A stretch of DNA of 64,000 bases from Candidatus Hydrothermia bacterium (lineage in GTDB: Bacteria; Hydrothermota; Hydrothermia; UBA1063): positions 423,926 through 487,925 of the forward strand of contig JBNARF010000002.1 in assembly GCA_049719805.1 (NCBI GenBank). The letters are read 5' to 3'. Positions 29,702 through 39,420 of the stretch are shown here, piece by piece; position 1 is the stretch's first letter, and every line of letters starts with the position of its first letter. Under the pieces are notes generated by a model. The model saw nothing but the letters and a program-made list of their open reading frames with translations, was not told the DNA's origin and searched no databases. The translations under genes and the position numbers were made by a program.

Positions 29702-30136
29702 ATGCAAAAAAAGAAAGTGCTATTTCTTTGTGTTCATAATTCAGCGAGGTCTCAGATGGCTGAGGCTTTTTTGAAGCACTTTTTTTCAGATTACTTCGAA
29801 GCCTATAGTGCAGGTTCAAAACCCACTGCACTAAATCCTTATGTAGTTAGAGTAATGGAAGAGATTGGGATTAGTATGAAAGACCATTATTCCAAGAACG
29901 TTACAACTTTCGTAGGCGAGAGTTTTGATTATGTGGTTACTGTTTGTGATGAAGCAAAGGAATCATGTCCGTTTTTCCCTGGTGCTAAAAGTTACGTTCA
30001 CAGAAGTTTTCCAGACCCGTCTGAGGCCACAGGAACAGAAGAAGAGATTCTGGAGTTTGTGAGAAAAGTCAGGGATGAGATTAAAAATTTTATAGTTGAT
30101 TTTTTTGGTCCTCTTAAAGAAGAAGGTAATCTGTAA
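29702..30136 (+). CDS. arsC: arsenate reductase / low-molecular-weight phosphotyrosine phosphatase family
   Basis: CX5R P-loop LCVHNSARSQMAE. Confidence 0.75.
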   Translation: MQKKKVLFLCVHNSARSQMAEAFLKHFFSDYFEAYSAGSKPTALNPYVVRVMEEIGISMKDHYSKNVTTFVGESFDYVVTVCDEAKESCPFFPGAKSYVHRSFPDPSEATGTEEEILEFVRKVRDEIKNFIVDFFGPLKEEGNL

Positions 30137-30164
30137 AAACGTTTAGAATTATGGGAGGTGTAAT

Positions 30165-30641
30165 ATGGCCTTCGAGTTAAAAGAAGGTGATGCAGCGCCA
30201 GAATTCTGTTTGCCCGGCCTTGAGCGGGAAGTTTGTCTTAATGATTTTAGAGGAAAGTGGGTGGTGTTATACTTCTACCCCAAAGATAATACCCCCGGTT
30301 GTTCCAGAGAAGCTACAGATTTTTCTGCTCTAATTGACGTGTTTTCCAATATGGGAGCGGTGGTAATAGGAATAAGCAGGGACTCCATTGATTCTCACAG
30401 AAGATTTGCTGAGAAATACGGGATCAAGTTTCTTCTCCTTTCAGACAGGAACGGGAACGTTATTAAAGCCTATGGCGCGTGGGGTAAGAAAAAAATGTAT
30501 GGAAGAGAAACCGAGGGGATAATAAGAAGTACCTTCATAATAGATCCTGAAGGGAAAATAAGAAAAGTCTGGTATAATGTAAAGGTTGATAGCCATGCAA
30601 AAGAGGTTCTTGATTTTTTAAAAGCCATAAAGGAGGGGTAA
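30165..30641 (+). CDS. bcp: thiol peroxidase (peroxiredoxin Bcp/PrxQ)
   Basis: PGCSREA peroxidatic Cys motif. Confidence 0.85.
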   Translation: MAFELKEGDAAPEFCLPGLEREVCLNDFRGKWVVLYFYPKDNTPGCSREATDFSALIDVFSNMGAVVIGISRDSIDSHRRFAEKYGIKFLLLSDRNGNVIKAYGAWGKKKMYGRETEGIIRSTFIIDPEGKIRKVWYNVKVDSHAKEVLDFLKAIKEG

Positions 30642-30643
30642 GC

Positions 30644-31204
30644 ATGGACGTTAAGGAGGCTATTGAAAAAAGAAGAGCCTATAGATCCCTGAAACCCTTT
30701 GAAGTAGCTGAAGACTTAGTAAGGGATCTTGCCTATCATGCTTCCCTTGCACCATCGTGTATGAATAATCAACCCTGGAGGTTTGTTTTTGTACTTGATA
30801 AAGAGGTTTTCAACAAAGTTCTTGAAGTAATGCCCAAAGGGAATCAGTGGGCTTCAAATGCAGCTTTTGTGGTAGCGGTTTTCTCTAAAAAGGAAATGGA
30901 TTGTGTGCTCGAGGATAATAGAGAATACTACCTGTTTGATGTAGGCCTGGCAACTGCATTTCTAATTTTAAGGGCAACGGAACTTGGTCTCGTGGCACAT
31001 CCCATCGCAGGATATGATCCGATTAAAGTTAAAGAAATTTTAAACATACCGCAAGAAATGGTTCTTACAGCTCTGGTAATTGTGGGTAAGCACTCTGAAG
31101 AAATATCGCCTTTACTTTCGGAAAAGCAAGTAAAAGCGGAAAAAGAAAGACCTGAAAGATTACCATTTGAGAAGTTCTGTTTTATAGATAGATATTCTGG
31201 TTGA
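30644..31204 (+). CDS. nitroreductase-family protein
   Basis: Nitroreductase fold motifs. Confidence 0.75.
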   Translation: MDVKEAIEKRRAYRSLKPFEVAEDLVRDLAYHASLAPSCMNNQPWRFVFVLDKEVFNKVLEVMPKGNQWASNAAFVVAVFSKKEMDCVLEDNREYYLFDVGLATAFLILRATELGLVAHPIAGYDPIKVKEILNIPQEMVLTALVIVGKHSEEISPLLSEKQVKAEKERPERLPFEKFCFIDRYSG

Positions 31205-31211
31205 AAATATG

Positions 31212-31245
31212 CCCGGGGGCTCAAATAGGCCCCCGGGTTTTTATT
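31212..31245. terminator. bidirectional rho-independent terminator between convergent genes
   Basis: CCCGGGGGC-loop-GCCCCCGGG hairpin followed by TTTTTATTT. Confidence 0.8.
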
Positions 31246-31248
31246 TAT

Positions 31249-31554
31249 TCATTCATTTTCCAACTTCTCGATTCTTTCTTTTATTGCCTTTAGCTGGTTT
31301 TCCAGAAATTTAGCCTGTTCCATGAGTATTTCCTTTTCAGAGGATGGGGAGATATCCGGGTAATCCCGGCAAAAGGGATGAAAAGATCTTCTCGAGCCAA
31401 AGGCTGATCCAAAGCTGAATCCACACATCTTACCTGACCCTAAACGTGGCCATGGTTTTGTACATCCTGAAGAGTTGTAGCGATGGCAGAACCCCATCCT
31501 TCTACCTGTTCCTGGACCCATCCCGAAAGGTCCTGTACCGTCTCCAAAGGGCAT
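31249..31554 (-). CDS. DUF5320-family protein (Gly-rich N-terminus, coiled-coil C-terminus)
   Basis: MPFGDGTGPFGMGPGTGRRMGFC... followed by the coiled coil LENQLKAIKERIEKLE. Confidence 0.5.
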   Translation of the reverse strand: MPFGDGTGPFGMGPGTGRRMGFCHRYNSSGCTKPWPRLGSGKMCGFSFGSAFGSRRSFHPFCRDYPDISPSSEKEILMEQAKFLENQLKAIKERIEKLENE

Positions 31555-31572
31555 TTTACACCTCCCGTTATT

Positions 31573-31893
31573 TTATTGATTGTTATCTTTCTCTTTTTCA
31601 AATTTTTCCATCAAACTGTTTAAGAAGCTTATTCTTGCTTCTAATGCGGCTTTCATTAATTTGAGTACCTCGTTATCGGGGTTTGTTGCTAATTTGCTGT
31701 TCATATACTCAAGTTGCAATTCAATGCCTTTTTTAACAAAATTCAGATAATCTTTATCATACCAGTAGGGAAATGCGAATCTTCCTGCGAAGCCTCTTCC
31801 GAGGCCAGGAAAGAGTCCACATCCCCAGCCTCTTCCAAACCCTGGTATGGCACCGTACAAGCCCCATCCAGTCCATGCTGGCCTCCACCACAT
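31573..31893 (-). CDS. DUF5320-like paralog (Gly/aromatic-rich N-terminus, coiled coil)
   Basis: WGLYGAIPGFGRGWGCGLFPGLGRG followed by a helical region. Confidence 0.4.
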   Translation of the reverse strand: MWWRPAWTGWGLYGAIPGFGRGWGCGLFPGLGRGFAGRFAFPYWYDKDYLNFVKKGIELQLEYMNSKLATNPDNEVLKLMKAALEARISFLNSLMEKFEKEKDNNQ

Positions 31894-32872
31894 GTTTTCA
31901 CCTCCCTATTGTATATATATTATTAATGCATATATATGAATTGTCAAGGGCAGTAATTTAACTTGTGATTTCTGCGGTAAAAGTTGAGACTAAACTGGAC
32001 ATTTCTGTGTACTTTAATAAGAGCGTCAAATTGCAGAAATATGAATTAACAGCTACAACCTCAAAATAGATGAGCTTAAAATTTTTGATTGGCAACTTCC
32101 TTATGAGTTTATCTTACTTCTCTAAAAAGACGAAAAAAAACAGTACTGAAGATAAAAGAGACTCTTTTCGGCTATTTTTAAATTTCGAAGATTGCCGAAA
32201 GCGGGAGCTGGTTAAAAAGTAAGATTCTATAATCTTTGCTTCTAATCGGTTTGCTTTTGGTTCAATTTTAATAGAAGGAAAATTCGAAGAAATAGTGAGA
32301 AGTTACGTAGCTTTGAGGGGCGCTTGACTTAATGGATAGAGGTGGAAAAGTAGACCGTTGACATTTCGCACGGTCGGATTAGTTTGCAGTTTTTACTATA
32401 GAGTAAGAGATCCCTTTGAGATTTAAGGCAATTTTCATGGGGATGTTTCAAAAACTACTGGATGGATTTAGTTGTTTAAGTATTTTCGAGTATGCTTAAA
32501 TGAAAAACCCTAAAAGATCTGAAAAAGTTTTGCGGGTTGACCTGCCCGAATTCCGGAAGCTAAAAAATTGCGGGTTTTGAAGTTATGTATGTCCTGTTCT
32601 ATCGATTTAAGCAGTGGTCTTTTAGATTCAAATATTTCAGTTGTTACCATTGTGTTGAGTTGTTAAGAAAAGTGTACAGGTTCACGAAGTTTTCTCGCAA
32701 AAAGGGAATTATGAAAGCTTTTAATCACGGTTATTTTCTTTCCACTGTATTTCAACGATTTTCACAAATCTTTTTATCTTTAGATAAGTTTCATTACTTT
32801 TAGCGAGCCCTTTTCTTGACTTTCTGATTGATTTCTTTTATATTTAAGCACTAATTCTGTAAGGAGGGTGTT

Positions 32873-33247
32873 ATGTCTAAACTAAAAAGAGAGGATATTC
32901 TTCAACTCTGGGTGTCTGTGACTGATTTTGGTGAAACCTGGACTGAAAAGATACAGGAACTCCAGGCAAGGATTGACGAATTAAGGAGAGCAGAAGATTA
33001 CGAAACCGTTAAAGTGGACCTGGAAAACTTAATTGACGAACTGGATGACCTTCAAAGAGAGATAGAAGATTCTGTGGAGAGAGCCCTTGAAGGCGCCCTT
33101 TCCATAGATGATCTTTCTGAACTTTTCAGAGATTATGCCGATAGGCTATTAATGCTTGAGCAAGAGTTAATTGAGCTGGAACTGGAGCCCGAGGAATACG
33201 AAGAGTACTGGGAAGAAGAGGAAGGTGAAGAGGAGGAAGAGTTTTAA
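32873..33247 (+). CDS. acidic coiled-coil hypothetical protein
   Basis: Strong RBS GGAGGG and a poly-Glu tail. Confidence 0.4.
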   Translation: MSKLKREDILQLWVSVTDFGETWTEKIQELQARIDELRRAEDYETVKVDLENLIDELDDLQREIEDSVERALEGALSIDDLSELFRDYADRLLMLEQELIELELEPEEYEEYWEEEEGEEEEEF

Positions 33248-33264
33248 TTAAATAAAGGGATTAA

Positions 33265-35916
33265 ATGAGGGAAATACCGGCAAAGTATAATCCATTAGAG
33301 GTAGAGGATAGAATATATCAATTTTGGTTAGAAAAAAACTATTTTAAAGCTGATCCTCATTCCCCTAAGCCTAAATATTCAATAATGATCCCTCCTCCTA
33401 ATATAACAGGTGTTCTTACCCTCGGACACGTACTCAACAATACCCTTCAGGACATAATGATAAGGTTCAAAAGAATGCAGGGGTATGATACCCTCTGGCA
33501 ACCGGGAATTGATCACGCGGGAATTGCCACCCAGAACGTTGTAGAAAAGGCACTGGCTAAAGAGGGTAGGACCAGGTTCGAACTCGGAAGAGAGGAGTTT
33601 ATAAAGAGGGTCTGGGAGTGGAAGAAACAGTACGGGGAGACCATTTTATTGCAGCTAAGGAAACTTGGCGTTTCCTGTGATTGGTCCAGGGTGAAGTTTA
33701 CAATGGATGAGGATTTATCCAGGGCCGTAATTCGCGCTTTCGTCACCCTGTATAAAGACGGTCTGATTTATAGGGGAAACAGAATTATTAACTGGTGTCC
33801 AAGATGCGGGACAGCATTAGCTGACGACGAGGTGGAATACACTGAGAAAAAAGGAAAACTCTACTACGTTAAATATCCCCTGGTAGATGGAAGTGGTTAT
33901 GTGGTTGTTGCTACTACAAGACCCGAAACATATTTGGGTGATACTGCAGTGGCTGTTCATCCTGAAGACGAAAGGTTCAGAACCTTAGTTGGTAAAAAAG
34001 TGAAACTTCCCCTGGTGGAGTGGGTGAGATTCTCCACAGATGGGAAGGAAGTGAGTGCCGAGATCCCCATAATTGCTTCACCGAGGATTGATAGGGAGTT
34101 TGGGACAGGCGCTGTGAAAGTGACGCCGGCTCATGATCCGGTGGATTACGAGATAGGTGAAGAAAATAATTTACCTAAAATCCAGGTGATCTCTCCCGAA
34201 GGAACTATGAATGATAATGCCGGGATATTCAAAGGACTGGACAGATTTGAGGCAAGGAAGAAGATTGTAGAACTTTTGGAGCAGGGTGGGTTCATAGAAA
34301 AAATCGAGGACTATACTCACAACGTGGGTACCTGTTATCGTTGCAATACTGTCATTGAGCCTTACCTCTCTCTTCAGTGGTTTGTTAGAATGAAGCCCCT
34401 GGCGGAGAGGGCTTATAGGGCTGTTAAGGATAGGGAAGTGGTAATCGTTCCTGAGAATTTTGAAAAAATTTACTATAACTGGCTTGAGAACGTAAGGGAT
34501 TGGTGTATCTCCAGGCAAATCTGGTGGGGTCATAGAATCCCTGTTTACACTTGTAAGGATTGTGGTCACGTAATGGTTGAAGAGGAAAAACCAGAAAAAT
34601 GTTCTAATTGTGGTTCAACAAACATCGTTCAGGATGAAGATGTTCTTGATACCTGGTTTTCTTCCTGGTTATGGCCTTTATCTACCCTGGGATGGCCTGA
34701 AGAGACAGAGTACCTCAGGAAATATTATCCCACCGATTTGCTCATAACGGGGTGGGATATTCTGTTTTTCTGGGTCGCAAGGATGATAATGGCGGGCTAT
34801 TACTTTAAGAAAGAAAAGCCCTTTGACAGGGTCTATCTCCATGGGCTTATTAGGGATGAAAAGAGAAGAAAACTCTCAAAGAGCTTAGGCAATTCCCCTG
34901 ATCCTTTGGATTTGTTTAGCAAATATGGTGCGGACGGAGTCAGAATTGGGCTAATGCTTATCACTCCAGAGGGCCAGGACATTATTTACTCAGAAAAGAA
35001 AATGGAGCTTGGAAGGAATTTTGTAAATAAGCTCTGGAATGCCTCAAGGCTCCTTTTGATGAACTACGAGGGTGAGCCCTTTGATCCGGGCGTAGAACCC
35101 ACTAGAATTGAAGATCGCTGGATTTTGCATCTTCTCGATAAAACTGTTGCTGAAGTCACCAGAGCTTTAGATGACCTGGACTTTAACAGATATAGCTGGA
35201 CGTTGTATAACTTTTTCTGGGGGGAATTTTGTGACTGGTATCTTGAAGCAATAAAACCCAGGCTTAATATTAAGGATCTTTCAGCAATTAAAAATGCTTT
35301 TTACGTCTTAAAGACCGTTTTACAACTTCTTCACCCTGTGATTCCTTTTGTTACGGAGGAGATATGGCAGAAGTTGCCCATAAAGGGGCTTGAAGAATCT
35401 ATTATGATTTCAAAGTGGCCTGAAAGTGGTCTCTTTAATTTTGAAAGGGATTACAGGGATTTTGAACTTATCAAAGAAGTTATCCAGAACATTAGACAAC
35501 TCAAAACGGAGCTTACACTTCAAGAAAAGTTAAATCTCGTATTCGAGAAAGAAGAGGCTATAGTACCTTTATTAAAGGAAAACATTGAACTTTTAAAGTT
35601 TCTTGGTGGAGTTGTAGAAATAAAGGCAGCTACTCCGGATATAAGAGGTTTACCTGTTATTGTGAGAGATTTTCACCTGGCTCTTGAGATTTCTGATCCA
35701 CAGCTGGCCTTGAAAATGATAGACGATTTCGAAAAAGAGATTTCAGAACTTGAAAAACTATTAAATGGTATCAATTTAAAGCTTTCTAACCATGATTTTG
35801 TTTCCAGGGCACCTGCGGAGGTAGTGGAAAGAGAAAAAGAGAAAAAACGCATTTTTGAGCTTAAAATTAGTAAGTTGAAAGGTTATATAGAGGGTCTTAA
35901 AGGTGGTCTGATTTGA
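33265..35916 (+). CDS. valS: valine--tRNA ligase
   Basis: PPNITGVLTLGHVLNN and KLSKSLGN motifs, 883 aa. Confidence 0.95.
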   Translation: MREIPAKYNPLEVEDRIYQFWLEKNYFKADPHSPKPKYSIMIPPPNITGVLTLGHVLNNTLQDIMIRFKRMQGYDTLWQPGIDHAGIATQNVVEKALAKEGRTRFELGREEFIKRVWEWKKQYGETILLQLRKLGVSCDWSRVKFTMDEDLSRAVIRAFVTLYKDGLIYRGNRIINWCPRCGTALADDEVEYTEKKGKLYYVKYPLVDGSGYVVVATTRPETYLGDTAVAVHPEDERFRTLVGKKVKLPLVEWVRFSTDGKEVSAEIPIIASPRIDREFGTGAVKVTPAHDPVDYEIGEENNLPKIQVISPEGTMNDNAGIFKGLDRFEARKKIVELLEQGGFIEKIEDYTHNVGTCYRCNTVIEPYLSLQWFVRMKPLAERAYRAVKDREVVIVPENFEKIYYNWLENVRDWCISRQIWWGHRIPVYTCKDCGHVMVEEEKPEKCSNCGSTNIVQDEDVLDTWFSSWLWPLSTLGWPEETEYLRKYYPTDLLITGWDILFFWVARMIMAGYYFKKEKPFDRVYLHGLIRDEKRRKLSKSLGNSPDPLDLFSKYGADGVRIGLMLITPEGQDIIYSEKKMELGRNFVNKLWNASRLLLMNYEGEPFDPGVEPTRIEDRWILHLLDKTVAEVTRALDDLDFNRYSWTLYNFFWGEFCDWYLEAIKPRLNIKDLSAIKNAFYVLKTVLQLLHPVIPFVTEEIWQKLPIKGLEESIMISKWPESGLFNFERDYRDFELIKEVIQNIRQLKTELTLQEKLNLVFEKEEAIVPLLKENIELLKFLGGVVEIKAATPDIRGLPVIVRDFHLALEISDPQLALKMIDDFEKEISELEKLLNGINLKLSNHDFVSRAPAEVVEREKEKKRIFELKISKLKGYIEGLKGGLI

Positions 35917-36716
35917 GTTGCGGAATTTTTGCTTATATAGGTAGTAAAGAACTGGAGAAAAAAGTAATTTTTGATTTAATGTATGATATGGAATCTCTCA
36001 AGGAGGAAAGTGATAATTCTCCTTTAGGTGGACACGGAGCTGGTTACGTCTTCCTCAGTGATGGCCTTGTGCCTTACTATAATAAAATAGGAGTGGTGAC
36101 CGATATTTCTCCTGTGGAATCGCTCTTCGATTTTGATGAACTTAAAGATACCGGTTCTTTTAAATTTTTCATAGGGCATGTCCGAAGGGCCTCCGACGAG
36201 TTTTCCAGCACTGAGGAATTGGATGACTTACATGCACAGCCCTTTGTGCATTCTGGTTCAAAATTCAGGGTTTTTGGAGTTCATAATGGGTTTTTAAAAA
36301 ATTATGTTCAGATCGCCGAAAAGTTGGGAATTTCCGAATATTTCACTGACTCCGACGTATTAACTCAATATTTTTTGTACCTTCTTGAAGAAGAAAAAGA
36401 TCTATCCGACGCCTGTGAAAAGCTTTTCTCTGGAATTGAAGGAAACAATACTGCTGTTTTCCTTACTGAGGCAGAGGATGGTTATAAGCTGGTGGTTCTT
36501 CATGTGGGGAAAACCAGGGGACTTGTGATATTTGAGAATGAATACGGTGAGCTTCTTCTCTGTTCAAGAAAAAGCCTCCTAACGAAACACCTTCAGAATA
36601 TTCTTGAAGAGAGGGGCTTTTTTGAAACTCTGGAGATAAAACCCAGGGAGCATCAAATTTTCATCAACTGGTGGAGAGTTGATACAAATCCGCCTTTTAA
36701 ATTGAGTGAATATTAA
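35913..36716 (+). CDS. class II (Ntn-type) glutamine amidotransferase-like protein
   Basis: N-terminal MSCGIF with the catalytic Cys at position 3. Confidence 0.5.
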   Translation: MSCGIFAYIGSKELEKKVIFDLMYDMESLKEESDNSPLGGHGAGYVFLSDGLVPYYNKIGVVTDISPVESLFDFDELKDTGSFKFFIGHVRRASDEFSSTEELDDLHAQPFVHSGSKFRVFGVHNGFLKNYVQIAEKLGISEYFTDSDVLTQYFLYLLEEEKDLSDACEKLFSGIEGNNTAVFLTEAEDGYKLVVLHVGKTRGLVIFENEYGELLLCSRKSLLTKHLQNILEERGFFETLEIKPREHQIFINWWRVDTNPPFKLSEY

Positions 36717-37935
36717 TCACTTTACCAGCTCTAACGATTTTATCTACGAGGTTTCGGCCAACCTCATAAGCTAAGTGAACAAAAGAGTGTGCATTAAGTA
36801 TAAGGAAATCTGCGTCTTCACCTTTTTTAACGTTACCTTTTTTGTCCTCCAGTGCTAAAGCCCTTGAAGCGTTAACAGTAACCCCCATTAACGCCTCTTC
36901 GACGGTCATATCATACAGGAGAACTCCCAGAGCCATTATAAGGGGTTGAGAGTAAAAGGGAGAGGTTCCGGGGTTATGATCGGTACCAAGAGCCATGGGG
37001 ATTCCTAACTCCCTCATAACTTTTACCAGAGGTTTTTTGTTAGATTTAGTAAATAGATATGCACCAGGTAGCAATACCGCGACCACCTTCCTTTCCTTCA
37101 AAATTTCCAGGTCCTCTTCCGAGGTATATTCCATGTGTTCGCATGAAATTACATTAAATTCTTTTGAAAGCTTGCAAGCACCAGTGTAAGAAAGCTGGTC
37201 TACATGCATTTTAATTTTATAACCAAGTTTGTGCGCATTTTCTAAGATTTCGTAGGCCTCGTCAATGTTGAAAGCTCCTTCGTCAATGAAAATATCGCAA
37301 AAGGTCGCAAGATTTTTGAAATCAGGAAGCATCCTTTCCGTTATTAACTTTACGTAAGCTTTTCTATCTGTGGCATACTCTGGAGGAATGGTGTGAGCCC
37401 CGAGGAAGGTAGTGATAACGAGAGAATCGCTTACTTTACCTAACAAGTTTGCAACTTCCAGTATTTTCTTTTCGGTCTCGTAGTCAAGTCCGTAACCGGA
37501 TTTTATTTCAAGGGTTAGTGTACCGTGCTTTTGCATTTCTGCAAGGCGCTGCACAGCAGCACTGTAGAGGCTTTCCTTACCCTCTTTCCTTGTGAGGGAT
37601 ACAGTGTAATTTATGCCTTTGCCTTCTTTGAGCAGGTCGACGTAAGCCTTTCCTTTTATTTTTGCCAGGAATTCTTCATGTCTGCAACCTGCGTAAATGA
37701 GATGAGTGTGGGGATCCACAAATGCTGGTATGACGGATTTACCCTCGGCATCAATGACCTTGGTATTTTCACCCTGGAATTCATCAAGAATTTCCTTTTG
37801 TTTGCCAAAATCCAGGATTTTTCCGTCTTTTACCGCAATAGCAGCATTTGTGAAGATCTTGAGCTCATTTTCTTCAAAATACACAAGCTCGCCAATATTC
37901 CTGACAATCAAATCAGCCTGCATAGTATTTATCAA
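36697..37935 (-). CDS. amidohydrolase (imidazolonepropionase-like)
   Basis: Metal-binding VDPHTHLIYAG. Confidence 0.65.
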   Translation of the reverse strand: MINTMQADLIVRNIGELVYFEENELKIFTNAAIAVKDGKILDFGKQKEILDEFQGENTKVIDAEGKSVIPAFVDPHTHLIYAGCRHEEFLAKIKGKAYVDLLKEGKGINYTVSLTRKEGKESLYSAAVQRLAEMQKHGTLTLEIKSGYGLDYETEKKILEVANLLGKVSDSLVITTFLGAHTIPPEYATDRKAYVKLITERMLPDFKNLATFCDIFIDEGAFNIDEAYEILENAHKLGYKIKMHVDQLSYTGACKLSKEFNVISCEHMEYTSEEDLEILKERKVVAVLLPGAYLFTKSNKKPLVKVMRELGIPMALGTDHNPGTSPFYSQPLIMALGVLLYDMTVEEALMGVTVNASRALALEDKKGNVKKGEDADFLILNAHSFVHLAYEVGRNLVDKIVRAGKVINIHSI

Positions 37936-38968
37936 GAAGTTCTTGAATGAGCAAAGCTCTCATTTCTGATTCTTTGAGAAAATCGTCATCTGGTATGGCG
38001 TTAAAAACTTTGATATGGGCTGGAAGGATGCGGAAGAAGGCCTCTTTGAAAAATTTAGGATGCAGATCCTTGATATAACCAAGCTCCACACCCAGTTTTA
38101 CGTTGGAAATGTGCTCGTAGGCTTCCGGCAAAGATAATAGTCTTGAATTTTTCAAGATTGCATATGATTTTAGAATTCTATCTTCAACCTCAATGGGTCG
38201 TTCCAGAAGAATCAGATTTCGCATTTGATTTTCTAAGTCGTGTATTTCTTCCAGAGTTTGCTTCATTTTCGTCTTTACTTCAAGGGTATTGTCAAAAAAG
38301 GAGGTCAATTTTATCTGGACAAAGGCACCATACGTCTGAATATTAGTATCCATGAGCCCGGAGAGGATAATCATATTTCTTTGTAAAATCTGGGAAAAAC
38401 TCTGTATCTGGCCAAGAGTAAAAATGGCGGGTATGTGGATTACTGCCGAGACATTCAAAGAGTGTCCAAGATATCGGGGAGAGGCTGTGAGGTATCCCAG
38501 GCCCTCTTTGAATACGAAATTGAGTTTTTTATCGAGAACCCCCATGCATATCTCCGTTTCCTGTGTAATATCATCATATTCTTTAAAGGTACCATGAACT
38601 ATGAACTTCAGATGGTCCCTTTCATTGATTCTTGCAATAAAACGCTCTTCAGTATCAAACGCAACGGACGAGTAGCTGTTCTGAAAGGATTCATATCCTA
38701 TAATGCCTCTTTCATAATAAATCTGGAGTAAATGCCCTGGAAGAGTTGCTATATCCTGGAGTTCAAATTTTTTACCCCATATAGGTAGAGCTTCAAGGGC
38801 CGCCGCAAGTTTTTCTTTTGCCTCTTTCCTTTCCGATTCGTTCATTTTAAGTGGGAATTTAAACCCGCTTAAGTTTCTATAAAATTTTATGGAGAAGAAG
38901 ATAATTACATCATCGTCGGAGTCTTCAAGGTACCCAGGGGTTTTTTGTATTAAATTTAAGAGATCCAT
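37913..38968 (-). CDS. mcsB: protein arginine kinase (ATP:guanido phosphotransferase)
   Basis: Phosphagen kinase-like NERDHLKF motif. It follows mcsA. Confidence 0.7.
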   Translation of the reverse strand: MDLLNLIQKTPGYLEDSDDDVIIFFSIKFYRNLSGFKFPLKMNESERKEAKEKLAAALEALPIWGKKFELQDIATLPGHLLQIYYERGIIGYESFQNSYSSVAFDTEERFIARINERDHLKFIVHGTFKEYDDITQETEICMGVLDKKLNFVFKEGLGYLTASPRYLGHSLNVSAVIHIPAIFTLGQIQSFSQILQRNMIILSGLMDTNIQTYGAFVQIKLTSFFDNTLEVKTKMKQTLEEIHDLENQMRNLILLERPIEVEDRILKSYAILKNSRLLSLPEAYEHISNVKLGVELGYIKDLHPKFFKEAFFRILPAHIKVFNAIPDDDFLKESEMRALLIQELLDKYYAG

Positions 38969-39420
38969 TTGAGCAATTCTTCCAATTTATAGATCATATC
39001 TCTAACTTTTATCGCCTCTCTGAATTCTTCTCTCTCGGTTAATTCCTGAAGGTCCTTTTTTAATTTTTCAATTTTTGTGTTTAAATAGCCTTTGAAGTTT
39101 TCGGGGTTAATTCTCTCGCCCTGGAAAGAAGAGCGATGGATAACCCTTTCGAAGAGGTCTGTAAAAAACGGCAAGAAGTGGTCATAGCAACCCGGGCATC
39201 CCAGAGTAAAGGTCGTTCGAAATTCCCTTAAAGATAAACCACACGATGGGCATTTTATTTCAACGTCCCTTGGCTGCATCTCCTCTTCAGGAATTTCCCT
39301 GATGGCATTTGCTAAAGATTCCGCGCAATCTTCGCATACATATAACCTTGAGATTTTCTTGTTGACATACAACACAAGGGTGACTTTTGCTTCTTTTTGC
39401 CCGCAGTTTTCGCAGAGCAT
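38956..39420 (-). CDS. mcsA: McsA-like activator (Zn-finger plus UVR motif)
   Basis: CENCG...CEDC and CPSCG...CPGC ribbons, and a UvrB/C-like motif AIKVRDMIYKLEE. Confidence 0.6.
   Translation of the reverse strand: MLCENCGQKEAKVTLVLYVNKKISRLYVCEDCAESLANAIREIPEEEMQPRDVEIKCPSCGLSLREFRTTFTLGCPGCYDHFLPFFTDLFERVIHRSSFQGERINPENFKGYLNTKIEKLKKDLQELTEREEFREAIKVRDMIYKLEELLKWIS

Noticed and set aside
32080-32110. TGGCAA...TTAT stretch considered as a sigma-54 promoter, since rpoN is present.
   Set aside because: It lacks the conserved GC of the -12 element at the correct spacing.
32585-32803. 72-aa ORF inside the long non-coding region.
   Set aside because: Phe, Tyr and Lys-rich composition typical of AT-rich random ORFs, with no RBS and no domain.
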